A DNA stretch of 64,000 nt from Chamaesiphon sp. (GCA_965246715.1 CBDFFH010000025.1:1-64000), one strand, 5' to 3'. Shown: positions 1-9,543, counted from the first letter of the stretch. Made by a program: numbers and translations. The notes: a model not told the origin generated them from the sequence alone.

Positions 1-473
1 GATGTCTCCGGTTGGGGAAAAACAACATCCCCAAAACCCAGATCGAGTTGAATATTCACCTTGGCTCTGTCCAAATAACCCAAACACCGCACCCGCACGC
101 CCTGATAGTCAGCATCCTTGGTAATTGGCTCGGTTACGAGCGATGCTGGGTCGAAAACCATGCCATCGGGTTCGACTCTCAGAGCGATAATCTCCTGCAT
201 CAGGCGGATAATCTGACTCGGATCGTTGCTAGTTTTGCCCAACATATCGATATCCATCGTCGGACGCGACTCCGAGGCATTCCACACCCGCAGCATCAGT
301 CCGCCCTTGAGGATAAACTGTTTGGCATAAGGCGATTGGGACAAGCGGTACAAGAACCGCTCCATTCCATAGTATTGCAGGAGTTCGTTAAACGGACGGC
401 GATCTTGCTTGGCTTGATTCAGGAGCCGTTGCCGCACTGAAGCTGCAATATTCTTCATCGGTCGCTCGGTCAT
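1..473 (-). CDS. abiEii: AbiEii-family nucleotidyltransferase toxin (type IV TA), runs off the window edge
   Basis: Not in ORF track. Manual minus-strand translation from ATG at 473: MTERPMKNIAASVRQRLLNQAKQDRRPFNELLQYYGMERFLYRLSQSPYAKQFILKGGLMLRVWNASESRPTMDIDMLG, with the AbiEii LKGG...R.T.DID motif. ATGA overlap with the abiEi stop. Confidence 0.9.
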   Translation of the reverse strand, partial: MTERPMKNIAASVRQRLLNQAKQDRRPFNELLQYYGMERFLYRLSQSPYAKQFILKGGLMLRVWNASESRPTMDIDMLGKTSNDPSQIIRLMQEIIALRVEPDGMVFDPASLVTEPITKDADYQGVRVRCLGYLDRAKVNIQLDLGFGDVVFPQPET

Positions 474-1072
474 AGCATCACTTCCAGGTAAGGTTTAATT
501 ACCGTTCCCACGCGGCAAATTTGGGCATATTCTAAGATCGATGCAAAGTTCGCCCGTTTGCGTTCTTTGTAGAGTTCTAAAGCCTCCAAAAACACATCCA
601 TCCCGATTTGATGTCGAAACTTGCAGCAGTCGGCAATGGTTTTCTCTGGGTTATAGACCCGAATTGGGATTTCATCAACTTCACGGATTTCAATCCCTGC
701 ATTGAAACTTGCTGTGGAAAAGCGGTGGAGGGTGATGGGTGGATAGTCGAGCCTGGGCGACTCAGACCCTTTAGGGAGTGCAATTTCCACATTTCGCGGA
801 ATCTGAGTGGTAATACCATGAATGGCTAGTGCTGAAATCAAGCAAATTACCCCCTGGGGAATTCGAGTGGCGACAGTAAATAGGTCTGGGTCGGATACAG
901 GAGCCTGTTCACAGAGGCGATAAACGCCACGAGAGATCTGTTCGAGCGTACCGCTGTCTCGAAGCTGGTAGAGGGTGCGGGGGTGAATGCCTGCTTTGAG
1001 AGCCTGAGCCGTCCGAATGAATCGACCTTGCGCTTGAATCGATTGCAATGCCTTGGTTGCAGCAGTCGCCAC
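470..1072 (-). CDS. abiEi: AbiEi-family antitoxin / transcriptional regulator
   Basis: 200 aa; N-terminal wHTH (LEQISRGVY), GVICLISALAIHGIT and PEKTIADC motifs; GTG start with AGGAG upstream; coupled to abiEii. Confidence 0.9.
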   Translation of the reverse strand: MATAATKALQSIQAQGRFIRTAQALKAGIHPRTLYQLRDSGTLEQISRGVYRLCEQAPVSDPDLFTVATRIPQGVICLISALAIHGITTQIPRNVEIALPKGSESPRLDYPPITLHRFSTASFNAGIEIREVDEIPIRVYNPEKTIADCCKFRHQIGMDVFLEALELYKERKRANFASILEYAQICRVGTVIKPYLEVML

Positions 1073-1086
1073 TGGTTCGCTCCTAA

Positions 1087-1140
1087 TTTTGGATAATATT
1101 ACTTATACTTGTTAATATCTATAGGTATTATTATCCAAAA
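1087..1140. promoter_or_regulatory. Inverted-repeat operator, probable AbiEi autoregulation site
   Basis: TTTTGGATAATATTACTTATA (1087-1107) and TATAGGTATTATTATCCAAAA (1120-1140) form a 21-bp inverted repeat with 2 mismatches just upstream of abiEi. Confidence 0.65.
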
Positions 1141-1247
1141 ACAGGCAAATGTCAAAGACACTCGATCTAGCAACTGTGCTAGAGATATCGAGCAAGAACC
1201 TCATAGACTAGGATTACACCCCCAGCAAGCATTTACCAAAAACCGCC

Positions 1248-4200
1248 ATGTCCAGCATCTACGACAACATCGACCAAATTCTCCTCCCAGAATTGCAAGC
1301 TTACCTAAACCAAGCTTATCGAGCGGATTTTTGCGTTGGCTACTTCAACTTACGGGGGTGGCGGGAGATTGATGCGGACATCAGCAACTTTCAAGGGGGT
1401 GAAGATCGTTGTTGTCGGCTGCTAGTGGGCATGTACAAACTTCCCAACGAAGAACTACGTCGTGCCCTAGCAATTGGCACGTCTGACGATCGGATCGACC
1501 AAGGACAGGCAGTACGCTTGAAGATGTTGATGGCGCAAGAATTTAGAGAACAGTTAACCTATGGCACTCCTTCTGCTGCTGATGAAGCGGGTTTAAAGCG
1601 ACTGCGCCAACAGTTATTAGACGGACAACTTCAGGTCAAACTATACCTGCGCCACCTACTCCACGCCAAACTTTACCTAATCTATCGGGAAGATCGAGCC
1701 ACGCCGATTATTAGCTATGTGGGGAGCAGCAATCTGACCTTATCCGGCTTAAAGCGTCAGGGTGAGTTGAATGTGGAAGTAACCGACAAGGATGATACGC
1801 GGAAACTGGAGGGATGGTTTCAAGATCGGTGGGAAGATAAGTTCTGTCTGGATATCTCTCAAGAGTTAGCTGATATTATCGACGAAAGTTGGGCGGGTCG
1901 ATCGCTCAAGCCCTACTATGTCTACTTGAAGATGGCATATCACTTATCTCAAGAAGCGCGAGATGGCTTGAGTAATTACCAGACTCCGGCTAATTTCGGT
2001 TTATTACCGTTCCAAGAAGCTGCGGTCAAGATTGCCGCCCAACACATCAATAAACGCGGCGGCGTAATTGTCGGCGATGTCGTCGGCTTGGGGAAAACCC
2101 TCGTTGGAACTGCCCTCGCCCACCTCTGTGAAGAGGAGTATGGCACTAGCACCTTGATTATTTGTCCGAAGAATTTGGTGAAAATGTGGCAGCGGTATAT
2201 CGACACCTATGGACTGCGGGGTAGGGTAGTTTCGATCAGTCAAGTAGATCGAGTATTACCAGAGATTCCCGCTCGGTTCCGGTTGGTATTGATCGATGAA
2301 AGCCATAACCTGCGGAATAAAACAGGTAGCCGCTATCAAGCAATCAAAGACTATATCGAACAGAGCGGTAGTCGGTGTATTCTATTAACAGCCACTCCCT
2401 ACAACAAAACCTATTTAGATATTTCCGCTCAACTGCAACTGTTCCTCAAGCCTGAAGGGGATTTGGGGATTAAACCCGAAGCCTATATCCGCAGTCTGGG
2501 CGGAGAAATCCAGTTTCGGCGCAGACATAGCACCTCGCCCGTGAGATCGTTACTGGCTTTTGAACACAGTACCGAACCTGAAGATTGGCAACAGTTAATG
2601 AGTCAATATATGGTGCGTCGGACGCGGAGTTTTATCAAAAATACCTATGCCAAACGGGATGAGGATAGATACTACTTAGAATTTGCTAATGGCGATCGTT
2701 CTTACTTCCCCAATCGCCATCCCCGTACTGTCAAATTTAAGATTGAAGATCCGCAAACAGATCCTTATGCTCGTCTGTATGACACTAGTGTGGTGACAAT
2801 TATCAATCAACTCAATCTCCCGCGCTATGGGTTGGGAAATTACATCGAGTTGCGTCCAGCGAACGTCGATGAACGACGCGCAAGCTCCGATCCCACCTCA
2901 GAAGAAGCCCAGCAACTAGCTAATTTATCTAACGCTGGACAGCGATTGATGGGCTTTTGTCGGACTAACTTATTCAAACGGTTGGAAAGTAGTGGGATTG
3001 CCTTTATCCAATCGATCGAACGGCATATCTTACGCAATTACGTGTTTCTCTGGGCGATCGAGCATGGATTACCGTTACCCATCGGTACTCAGGATGCGGA
3101 ATTATTAGATGGCGGTGGCAGTGATGAAGATGACAGCTCTTTATTAAATTTAGACTGGGAAACCACCGATGAAGATGCAGCTACCGATGATACCGAATCA
3201 GGTATACATCAAGATTTCCAACTCCGATCCCAGCAAATTTATCAACTCTACCAAACTAGATATCCGCGACGGTTCAAATGGATTCGATCGACTTTATTCG
3301 CCCAGAGTTTGGGGCAAAACTTACAAGATGATGCTAACGCGCTGATGAAAATCCTAGAGTTGGTATCCGATTGGAAGATTGAGGACGATCGTAAACTCAA
3401 CGCCCTGATCGATCTAGTCACACACCAACACGCCGCCGAAAAGATTCTGATTTTTACTCAATTCGCCGATACCGCTCGTTACCTCCACCAAGCGTTAACC
3501 GCTAGGGGATTAGAACGAATTGGATTAGCTACTGGTCAAAGTCCCGACCCGACTGCCCTGGCTTGGCAATTTAGCCCCAGTAGTAATGACAAACCGATTC
3601 GCCCTCAAGATGAATTGAGAATCCTGATTGCTACTGATGTTTTGAGCGAAGGTCAAAATCTCCAAGACTGCGCGGTGATTCTCAACTACGATCTCCCCTG
3701 GGCGATTATTCGGTTGATTCAAAGAGCCGGACGGGTAGACCGGATCGGACAACAGGCTACAGATATTCTCTGCTATTCTTTCCTTCCCGCCGATGGAGTC
3801 GAGCGGCTGATTAACCTGCGGGGACGATTGCGCGACCGACTCGACCAAAATCATGAAGTGGTAGGTAGCGATGAGGCGTTCTTTGAAGATGAGGCTCAGA
3901 GGGTAGTTCTGACCAATCTCTATAACGAACGATCTGGGGTATTAGATGAGGCGGAAGAAGGGGAGGTAGATTTAACTTCCGAAGCTCTGCAAATCTGGCA
4001 GAGTGCTATTGAAGCTCGTCCCGAACTCAAAGGCATTATTGAAAAGTTACCCAATGTGGTTTATTCGACTCGCCACCATCAACCCGACGGCATCGATCCA
4101 GAGGGGGTTTTGCTCTATATGCAAACGGCTGAGGGCAATGATTCTCTGGCGTGGATCGATCGCCAGGGCAATAGCGTCACCCAATCCCAAACCAGGATTC

Positions 4201-4649
4201 TACGGATGGCGCGATGCAGTTACGATACCGCACCCTTACCTCGCCACCCTCTCCACCATCAGTTGGTCGAGCAGGGGGCTGAGTTGCTCGCCGAACAGTC
4301 GAAAACCATCGCGGGCACTTTGGGCAATAAACGGAGTGCGGCGGCGCGAACTTACGATCGACTCTTGGCTTATACCCAGCAAGTCCGTACTGAGTTACCA
4401 CTATTGGCACGGGGTACTGAATGGGAAAGCTTGGAAAGAGCGATCGAGGAGATCAATCAATATCCCCTCCGCCCCAATGCGATCGCCCGTCTCAACCGTG
4501 AATTTAAAGCCAGTATCAAAGATGAGGCTTTAGCGAAATTGGTGGTGTTCCTGCGCGAACACGATGCGCTGTGTATCATCGATAAAGAAACCGATTGGCG
4601 TACCGCTCAAATCATTTGTTCTTTGGGCTTATTCTCTACGCCAGATTAG
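1248..4649 (+). CDS. PLD-nuclease / SNF2-like SF2 helicase fusion (defence-associated)
   Basis: N-terminal LHAKLY...GSSNLT...ELN PLD-type motif; Walker A GDVVGLGKT, Walker B LIDESHN, motif III LTATP, TDVLSEGQNLQ, motif VI QRAGRVDRIGQ. Confidence 0.9.
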   Translation: MSSIYDNIDQILLPELQAYLNQAYRADFCVGYFNLRGWREIDADISNFQGGEDRCCRLLVGMYKLPNEELRRALAIGTSDDRIDQGQAVRLKMLMAQEFREQLTYGTPSAADEAGLKRLRQQLLDGQLQVKLYLRHLLHAKLYLIYREDRATPIISYVGSSNLTLSGLKRQGELNVEVTDKDDTRKLEGWFQDRWEDKFCLDISQELADIIDESWAGRSLKPYYVYLKMAYHLSQEARDGLSNYQTPANFGLLPFQEAAVKIAAQHINKRGGVIVGDVVGLGKTLVGTALAHLCEEEYGTSTLIICPKNLVKMWQRYIDTYGLRGRVVSISQVDRVLPEIPARFRLVLIDESHNLRNKTGSRYQAIKDYIEQSGSRCILLTATPYNKTYLDISAQLQLFLKPEGDLGIKPEAYIRSLGGEIQFRRRHSTSPVRSLLAFEHSTEPEDWQQLMSQYMVRRTRSFIKNTYAKRDEDRYYLEFANGDRSYFPNRHPRTVKFKIEDPQTDPYARLYDTSVVTIINQLNLPRYGLGNYIELRPANVDERRASSDPTSEEAQQLANLSNAGQRLMGFCRTNLFKRLESSGIAFIQSIERHILRNYVFLWAIEHGLPLPIGTQDAELLDGGGSDEDDSSLLNLDWETTDEDAATDDTESGIHQDFQLRSQQIYQLYQTRYPRRFKWIRSTLFAQSLGQNLQDDANALMKILELVSDWKIEDDRKLNALIDLVTHQHAAEKILIFTQFADTARYLHQALTARGLERIGLATGQSPDPTALAWQFSPSSNDKPIRPQDELRILIATDVLSEGQNLQDCAVILNYDLPWAIIRLIQRAGRVDRIGQQATDILCYSFLPADGVERLINLRGRLRDRLDQNHEVVGSDEAFFEDEAQRVVLTNLYNERSGVLDEAEEGEVDLTSEALQIWQSAIEARPELKGIIEKLPNVVYSTRHHQPDGIDPEGVLLYMQTAEGNDSLAWIDRQGNSVTQSQTRILRMARCSYDTAPLPRHPLHHQLVEQGAELLAEQSKTIAGTLGNKRSAAARTYDRLLAYTQQVRTELPLLARGTEWESLERAIEEINQYPLRPNAIARLNREFKASIKDEALAKLVVFLREHDALCIIDKETDWRTAQIICSLGLFSTPD

Positions 4650-5607
4650 CTGTTCACTAGATTAATTAGGGAACACTGACACAATAGAAAACTACGATTT
4701 AATTACCCCGATCCAGATTATGCCCTTACACCGCTCTCGCACTAAACAATATCTCGATCGCTGCGATTTTGAATCTCTATTTATTGAAGAGTTAGGGTGG
4801 GATAAAGGTAATTTAGTAAAACTCGATCTAACCATCGGTACGGAAAATATCAGTGTCAGATCGATCGCCGAAAAGCGAGGATTTACGGTGTTTGATTGTG
4901 AGGTGCTAGAACTGCCAGATCGATCTCGGAGTATGAAGATCGATCGCCAGTTAACTGAATATAGTCGCTCTCATATCCTCATTTTTAGTACCCAATCCAA
5001 ATCCGAACAGGTGTGGATGTGGGTGAGGCAGGAATCAGGAAAACCCATCGCTCCTAAATTTGAACGCTATCGCCAGGGGACATCTGGGGAGAGTCTGCTC
5101 CAAAAACTAGACTCGCTAGTTATTGCTTTTGAGGAAGAGGAAAAAACTACTCTGACAACAGTAACCCAGAAAGTTAAAAAAGCTTTCGATATCGAGAAAG
5201 TTACTAAGAAATTCTTCCAGCGATTCGAGAAGGAACACCAAGCATTTTTGGGATTTATTAGTGGGATTGAAGCAGAATTCGACCGCACTTGGTATGCGTC
5301 CCTGATGTTGAATCGGTTGATGTTTGTCTACTTCATCCAGAAGAAAGGATTTCTCGATAGAAATAGTGACTATTTACGCGATCGATTGAACAAATGTCAA
5401 GCCGAACAGGGCACGGATGAATTCTACTCCTTCTATCGCATCATTCTTCTGCGACTATTTCATGAAGGTTTGGGTAAATCGGCAAGAAATAAGGATTTAG
5501 AACGACTAATCGGTAAAGTTCCTTACCTCAATGGCGGTTTGTTTGAGGTGCATCAATTGGAAGAGAAATACACCACCATTCACATTCCCGATGATGCTTT
5601 TACCAAG

Positions 5608-5645
5608 ATTTTCGACTTTTTCGATGATTTTCGACTTTTTCGATG
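5608..5645 (+). repeat. Perfect 19-bp tandem duplication causing a frameshift
   Basis: ATTTTCGACTTTTTCGATG x2 (5608-5626, 5627-5645). Confidence 0.9.
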
Positions 5646-5662
5646 AATATCAATGGCATTTA

Positions 5663-6567
5663 GAGGATGTTTGAAAAGTCAGTTGGTAAAAAAGCTCACT
5701 CGGTATAGACTACAGATAGATAATGAGTAGTGCTAAGTGAGCAGAATGAGTAAAGCATATCCTAGTAACCTGACCACAGACCAATTTGAATTAATTAGTG
5801 GGATGATTCCAGCACCAAAGCCAGGTGGTCGTCCACGAGAGGTGGAGATCGCAGAGGTAATCAACGCAATCTTCTATCTACTGTGTGAAGGATGTCGTTG
5901 GCGAGCGTTACCAGGAGATTTCCCAGCATGGCAGACGGTATATACTTATTTTCGAGACTGGCGCAAGGATGGAACATGGGTCAAAATCCACGATCGGTTG
6001 AGAGCATGGGTAAGAATAGAACAAGAGCGTCAACCCAGCCCATCAGAGGCTGCAATCGATAGCCAAAGTGTCAAAAGTGCCGCAATGGTCAGTGAGGCAG
6101 TTGGTTATGATGCAGGTAAGCAAATCAAGGGCAGAAAGCGGTTTGTGACAGTAGACACACTCGGCTTAGTCTTACGGGTATGGGTGACAGCAGCCAATAT
6201 CACTGAACGAGATGGTGGCATCCAAGTGTTGAAAAAAGTCAAACAAATGGGTCAATCGGTATCTCGACTGCATACAATTTGGGTGGATGGTGGTTTTAGT
6301 GGTGAGAATTTTCTGCACTTGGTAATGGATGTCTGTCATTGGCTGGTGCAGGTCGTGCTGCGACCAAAAGAACATAAAGGATTTGTGCTATTACCTAAGC
6401 GTTGGGTTGTCGAACGTACCTTTGGTTGGTTAATGAACTGTCGGCGATTGACCAGAGATTATGAGAAACTACCTGAAACATCCGAGACATTTATTTATCT
6501 GGTGATGATCCGTATAATGGTGCGGCGTTTAGCATAAAATTTGACCAGAAACTTTTCAAACATCCTC
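5663..6567 (+). mobile_element. IS5 family (IS1031 group) insertion sequence, 905 bp
   Basis: 17-bp terminal inverted repeats GAGGATGTTTGAAAAGT / ACTTTTCAAACATCCTC; TTA target duplication (5660-5662, 6568-6570); intact transposase. Confidence 0.95.
5737..6537 (+). CDS. IS5-family DDE transposase
   Basis: YPSNLT, GCRWRALP, IDSQSVK, KGRKRF, RWVVERTFGWL motifs. Confidence 0.95.
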   Translation: MSRMSKAYPSNLTTDQFELISGMIPAPKPGGRPREVEIAEVINAIFYLLCEGCRWRALPGDFPAWQTVYTYFRDWRKDGTWVKIHDRLRAWVRIEQERQPSPSEAAIDSQSVKSAAMVSEAVGYDAGKQIKGRKRFVTVDTLGLVLRVWVTAANITERDGGIQVLKKVKQMGQSVSRLHTIWVDGGFSGENFLHLVMDVCHWLVQVVLRPKEHKGFVLLPKRWVVERTFGWLMNCRRLTRDYEKLPETSETFIYLVMIRIMVRRLA

Positions 6568-7033
6568 TTAGACGACCGCCCATTGCGTCAAGATAACGAA
6601 ATCAACCCCGATGTTTTAGGTTATATCTTTGAGAAGTACATCAACCAAAAACAGATGGGGGCGTACTATACCAAAGAAGATATCACCGAATATATCAGCA
6701 AGAATACGATTATTCCCTTCCTGTTTGATGCCGCCGCTCAAGAGTGCGCCGTCGCTTTTCAACCCGATGGCGCGGTGTGGGCACTCCTGAAAGAAAATCC
6801 CAATCGCTACATCTATGCAGCGGTAAGCAAGGGTGTAGACGCACCCCTACCCGCTGACATCGAAGCTGGAATTGAGGCTGTCGCCCAGCGAGACGGCTGG
6901 AATCGCCCTGCTACTGCTGAATATGCCCTGCCTACCGAAACCTGGCGCGAACACGTCGCCCGTTGTCAGCGATGTCTGGATCTCCGTGCCAAACTCGCCC
7001 ACGGGGAAGTTACCAGCATTAATGATTTAATTA

Positions 7034-8263
7034 CTCACATCTTGCACCAGAATATAAGTACTAGATTTAGATCGAGACTAATTCCAAGGCAAGACCCTGC
7101 GAGAGCAGAAAGTCTCGCTTCCGATCGATTTCTACTAAAAGTAAACTCACTGCGATCTGTGGCATTAACTGTTGAAGTGCCAGCTCAGATTCCTGTCTCC
7201 ACTCAGGCGGAAGGCTTACGTTTGAGGATAAATAGACCCAGTGGGTGAGTACAAAACTAATAAAGCTCAGAAGCAGCCAACGGTATACACCTAAAAGTGT
7301 TTGTTGACCGAAGCTAGCCAGCCCAAATCGATATTTAGCAGTCTTGAAAAATCCTTCAATTGCCCATCGACGACTGCCCCACCAAGCAATCGTACTGCCT
7401 TTAAGAGCGCGGGTCGAAATCACAAATCTTTTCTCCAACTTACCATCCCGTTTTAAGTAGAACCAGGAAGCCGTAACCACGCCCTCTAAACCTGATAGCT
7501 TAACTTGTTGACCCTTCTTGCCTAGCATCTTCATCTGTCTCCCATCTGCCAGTTTCCGGTTATTCGGTATACCAACAATTGCTTGATGACGAAGTTTTTT
7601 GACCCCGTTGAGGAATTCGACACTACTAAATCCAGTATCGGCTAATACTTGGACTCGAAAGCGGTAAGTGAGTTTCTTGGGCAAGGTGCGGAGCAATTTT
7701 AGCCCCAATTGAGCAGGAGTAGTTGTGCCTTTACCACGCCAGGAACGGAACGCCCAAGGTATTCTCCACTGTCCAACGACTAAGTACAGTACAACCAAAT
7801 GCAGTCCTCGCTTACCGTTGAGAATATGTATCAACGTTGCAAATGCTTTGAATTTCCCCCTTTTCTCCAATGTAGTCAGATCGATAATTACCTGCAAGTA
7901 AGGTCTTTGTCCTTTGGCTGTGTAATTACTCAACTGTTTCAAAATATGTTGGCGAGTCGTACGAATCACGGCTCTGGTTGGCCACCCATATTCATTGAAA
8001 AATCTGCTCAAAGCCGCAGGTGATTTAATCACCCCATGTTCTGGTAACATTTGACCATTCTTAGGTTCCATAAATAGAGCGAAACTAGCTTGGAGACTAA
8101 GTTTCTGATAGGGACTGGGCATCAGCTCTAACAACGTGTAGAGTATTAATTGGGCGTACGGGAGAATGGTATTCACTGTTCTCATCAATGTTTTTACACG
8201 CCCTTTTTCTCATATTTTGACTCCTGCGAAAATCAGTTGTTATGTACTGGTGCAAGATGTGAG
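7034..8263 (-). mobile_element. IS701/IS4-like insertion sequence, about 1230 bp
   Basis: Terminal inverted repeats CTCACATCTTGCACCAG (7034) / CTGGTGCAAGATGTGAG (ending 8263) around a DDE transposase; no clear extended target duplication. Confidence 0.85.
7067..8188 (-). CDS. DDE transposase (IS701/IS4-like)
   Basis: IIDLTTLEK, LADTGF, RRWAIEGFFKTAK motifs. Confidence 0.88.
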   Translation of the reverse strand: MMRTVNTILPYAQLILYTLLELMPSPYQKLSLQASFALFMEPKNGQMLPEHGVIKSPAALSRFFNEYGWPTRAVIRTTRQHILKQLSNYTAKGQRPYLQVIIDLTTLEKRGKFKAFATLIHILNGKRGLHLVVLYLVVGQWRIPWAFRSWRGKGTTTPAQLGLKLLRTLPKKLTYRFRVQVLADTGFSSVEFLNGVKKLRHQAIVGIPNNRKLADGRQMKMLGKKGQQVKLSGLEGVVTASWFYLKRDGKLEKRFVISTRALKGSTIAWWGSRRWAIEGFFKTAKYRFGLASFGQQTLLGVYRWLLLSFISFVLTHWVYLSSNVSLPPEWRQESELALQQLMPQIAVSLLLVEIDRKRDFLLSQGLALELVSI

Positions 8264-8265
8264 TA

Positions 8266-8422
8266 TACTGACCTTGCACCAATACGGAAAGACTAGTAAA
8301 AGCAGGGATCTGAGGGTACCCACCAGGGGCACCCCTACACAATTAACCTGTAGGGGTGCCCCTGGTGGGTACCCTGGATCTACGCCGCTCGATAGTAGAT
8401 TCAAACTGGTGCAAGATCTGAG
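8266..8422. mobile_element. MITE with ends related to the adjacent IS, carrying a REP-like hairpin
   Basis: Ends TACTGACCTTGCACCA / CTGGTGCAAGATCTGAG; internal perfect 27-bp inverted repeat AGGGTACCCACCAGGGGCACCCCTACA (8313-8339 / 8349-8375). Confidence 0.75.
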
Positions 8423-8449
8423 TGTATAGATAATTTTGGATCGAGAGCG

Positions 8450-9283
8450 ATGGACGTAGCAGTGATAGAGAATATTAACTCTCAATTGCACCAATTAGCC
8501 CTGCAAGAGCAAATCGTCATCCTGTATGCTTGCGAGTCAGGGAGTCAGGCGTGGGGCTTTCCTTCGCCTGATAGCGACTATGATGTGCGGTTCATCTATC
8601 TGCGTCCGCTGGACTGGTATCTGTCGATCGAGGATCGGCGCGATACGATCGATTTACCTGTAGACAAGGTATTAGATATCAATGGTTGGGATCTGAGGAA
8701 GGCGCTGAAGTTATTTAAAGGCTCTAATTCGGTTATTTATGAATGGATTCAATCGCCGCTCGCGTACGAATCGGATGGTAATCTGACCGCAGAATTACTC
8801 ACTTTAGCAAATAGTTATTACTCGCCGCGTGCTGGCATCCATCACTATCTGAACATGGCGACAAATTGTTACCAGGAATCCCTACAATCCTCACCAGTCA
8901 AGCTGAAAAAGTATTTCTATGCCATCAGGCCGATCCTTGCTGCGCGCTGGATTGTGGAGCATCGCACCGTGCCACCGATGGTCTTGAGTCAGTTACTACC
9001 GACAATTAGCGATCGTCCTGAAATTTTAGCTGAGATCGATCGATTATTAGCTATCAAACAAACTGCTACGGAAGCGATGACAATTCCAGTGAGTGCAGTT
9101 CTTAATGATTTTATTAGATCGGAAATAGAATATTGCGACAATGCCGTCAAACTCATCCCCAAACATTACCCAGATTCATCAAAACTAGATGCATTATTCA
9201 GAAGATATGTACTGAGCCTGAATGGCTATACACAAGACCAAGCTGAGGAGAAGTTTCCCGTGCTACCCGATTACCTGGAATAA
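8450..9283 (+). CDS. Pol-beta superfamily nucleotidyltransferase (YcgL/RlaP-like)
   Basis: ACESGSQAWGFPSPDSDYDVRFIY, GWDLRKAL and LKKYFY motifs. Confidence 0.85.
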   Translation: MDVAVIENINSQLHQLALQEQIVILYACESGSQAWGFPSPDSDYDVRFIYLRPLDWYLSIEDRRDTIDLPVDKVLDINGWDLRKALKLFKGSNSVIYEWIQSPLAYESDGNLTAELLTLANSYYSPRAGIHHYLNMATNCYQESLQSSPVKLKKYFYAIRPILAARWIVEHRTVPPMVLSQLLPTISDRPEILAEIDRLLAIKQTATEAMTIPVSAVLNDFIRSEIEYCDNAVKLIPKHYPDSSKLDALFRRYVLSLNGYTQDQAEEKFPVLPDYLE

Positions 9284-9291
9284 TGGTTATA

Positions 9292-9543
9292 TAACCTAAG
9301 TTGCTACCTACTGAGTACCTGCGACTTGTCTTGTTGCGCTTTTTACGTCGGGAGACCCGACGAGCGCGCACCGCAAAGTCGCGGCTAATATTGCAAAGTC
9401 CGCTTTCGCGGACTGAATTACTTAGTCCGCGAAAGCGGACTTCGTATTCCGAGGAGTGGTTTTGCGGCGCACTCTGCGGAGGTTTCCTCCGCTTAGAAGT
9501 GCGACAAGACAACCACTTTGAGTGTAGGTAGCAACTTGGGTAC
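9292..9543. mobile_element. MITE with internal REP-like palindromes
   Basis: Ends AACCTAAGTTGCTACCTAC / GTAGGTAGCAACTTGGGTA; internal AAGTCCGCTTTCGCGGACT...AGTCCGCGAAAGCGGACTT. Confidence 0.7.

Larger units (their letters stand above)
4720..7033 (+). pseudogene. Eco57I/type IIG-like N6-adenine methyltransferase, disrupted and 3'-truncated
   Basis: LNRLMFVYFIQKKGFL, VPYLNGGLF, INPDVLGYIFEKYIN and GAYYT motifs. Removing the 19-bp duplication and the IS5 restores ...IFDFFDEYQWHLDDRP.... The frame is cut at 7033 by a second IS; no SAM-binding or NPPY motif follows. Confidence 0.85.

Noticed and set aside
12..440. 142-aa plus-strand ORF
   Set aside because: Antisense shadow of abiEii, which carries the recognisable motifs.
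6541..7248. 235-aa ORF as an independent gene
   Set aside because: Chimera: starts inside the IS5 end, runs through the MTase fragment (6568-7033) and reads into the next IS.
8097..8494. Short ORFs of 81-87 aa with repeated CRGAPGGYP
   Set aside because: Translations of the MITE palindrome and IS end.
9198..9531. ORFs of 104 aa and 76 aa
   Set aside because: Lie over a palindromic MITE; no protein-like features.
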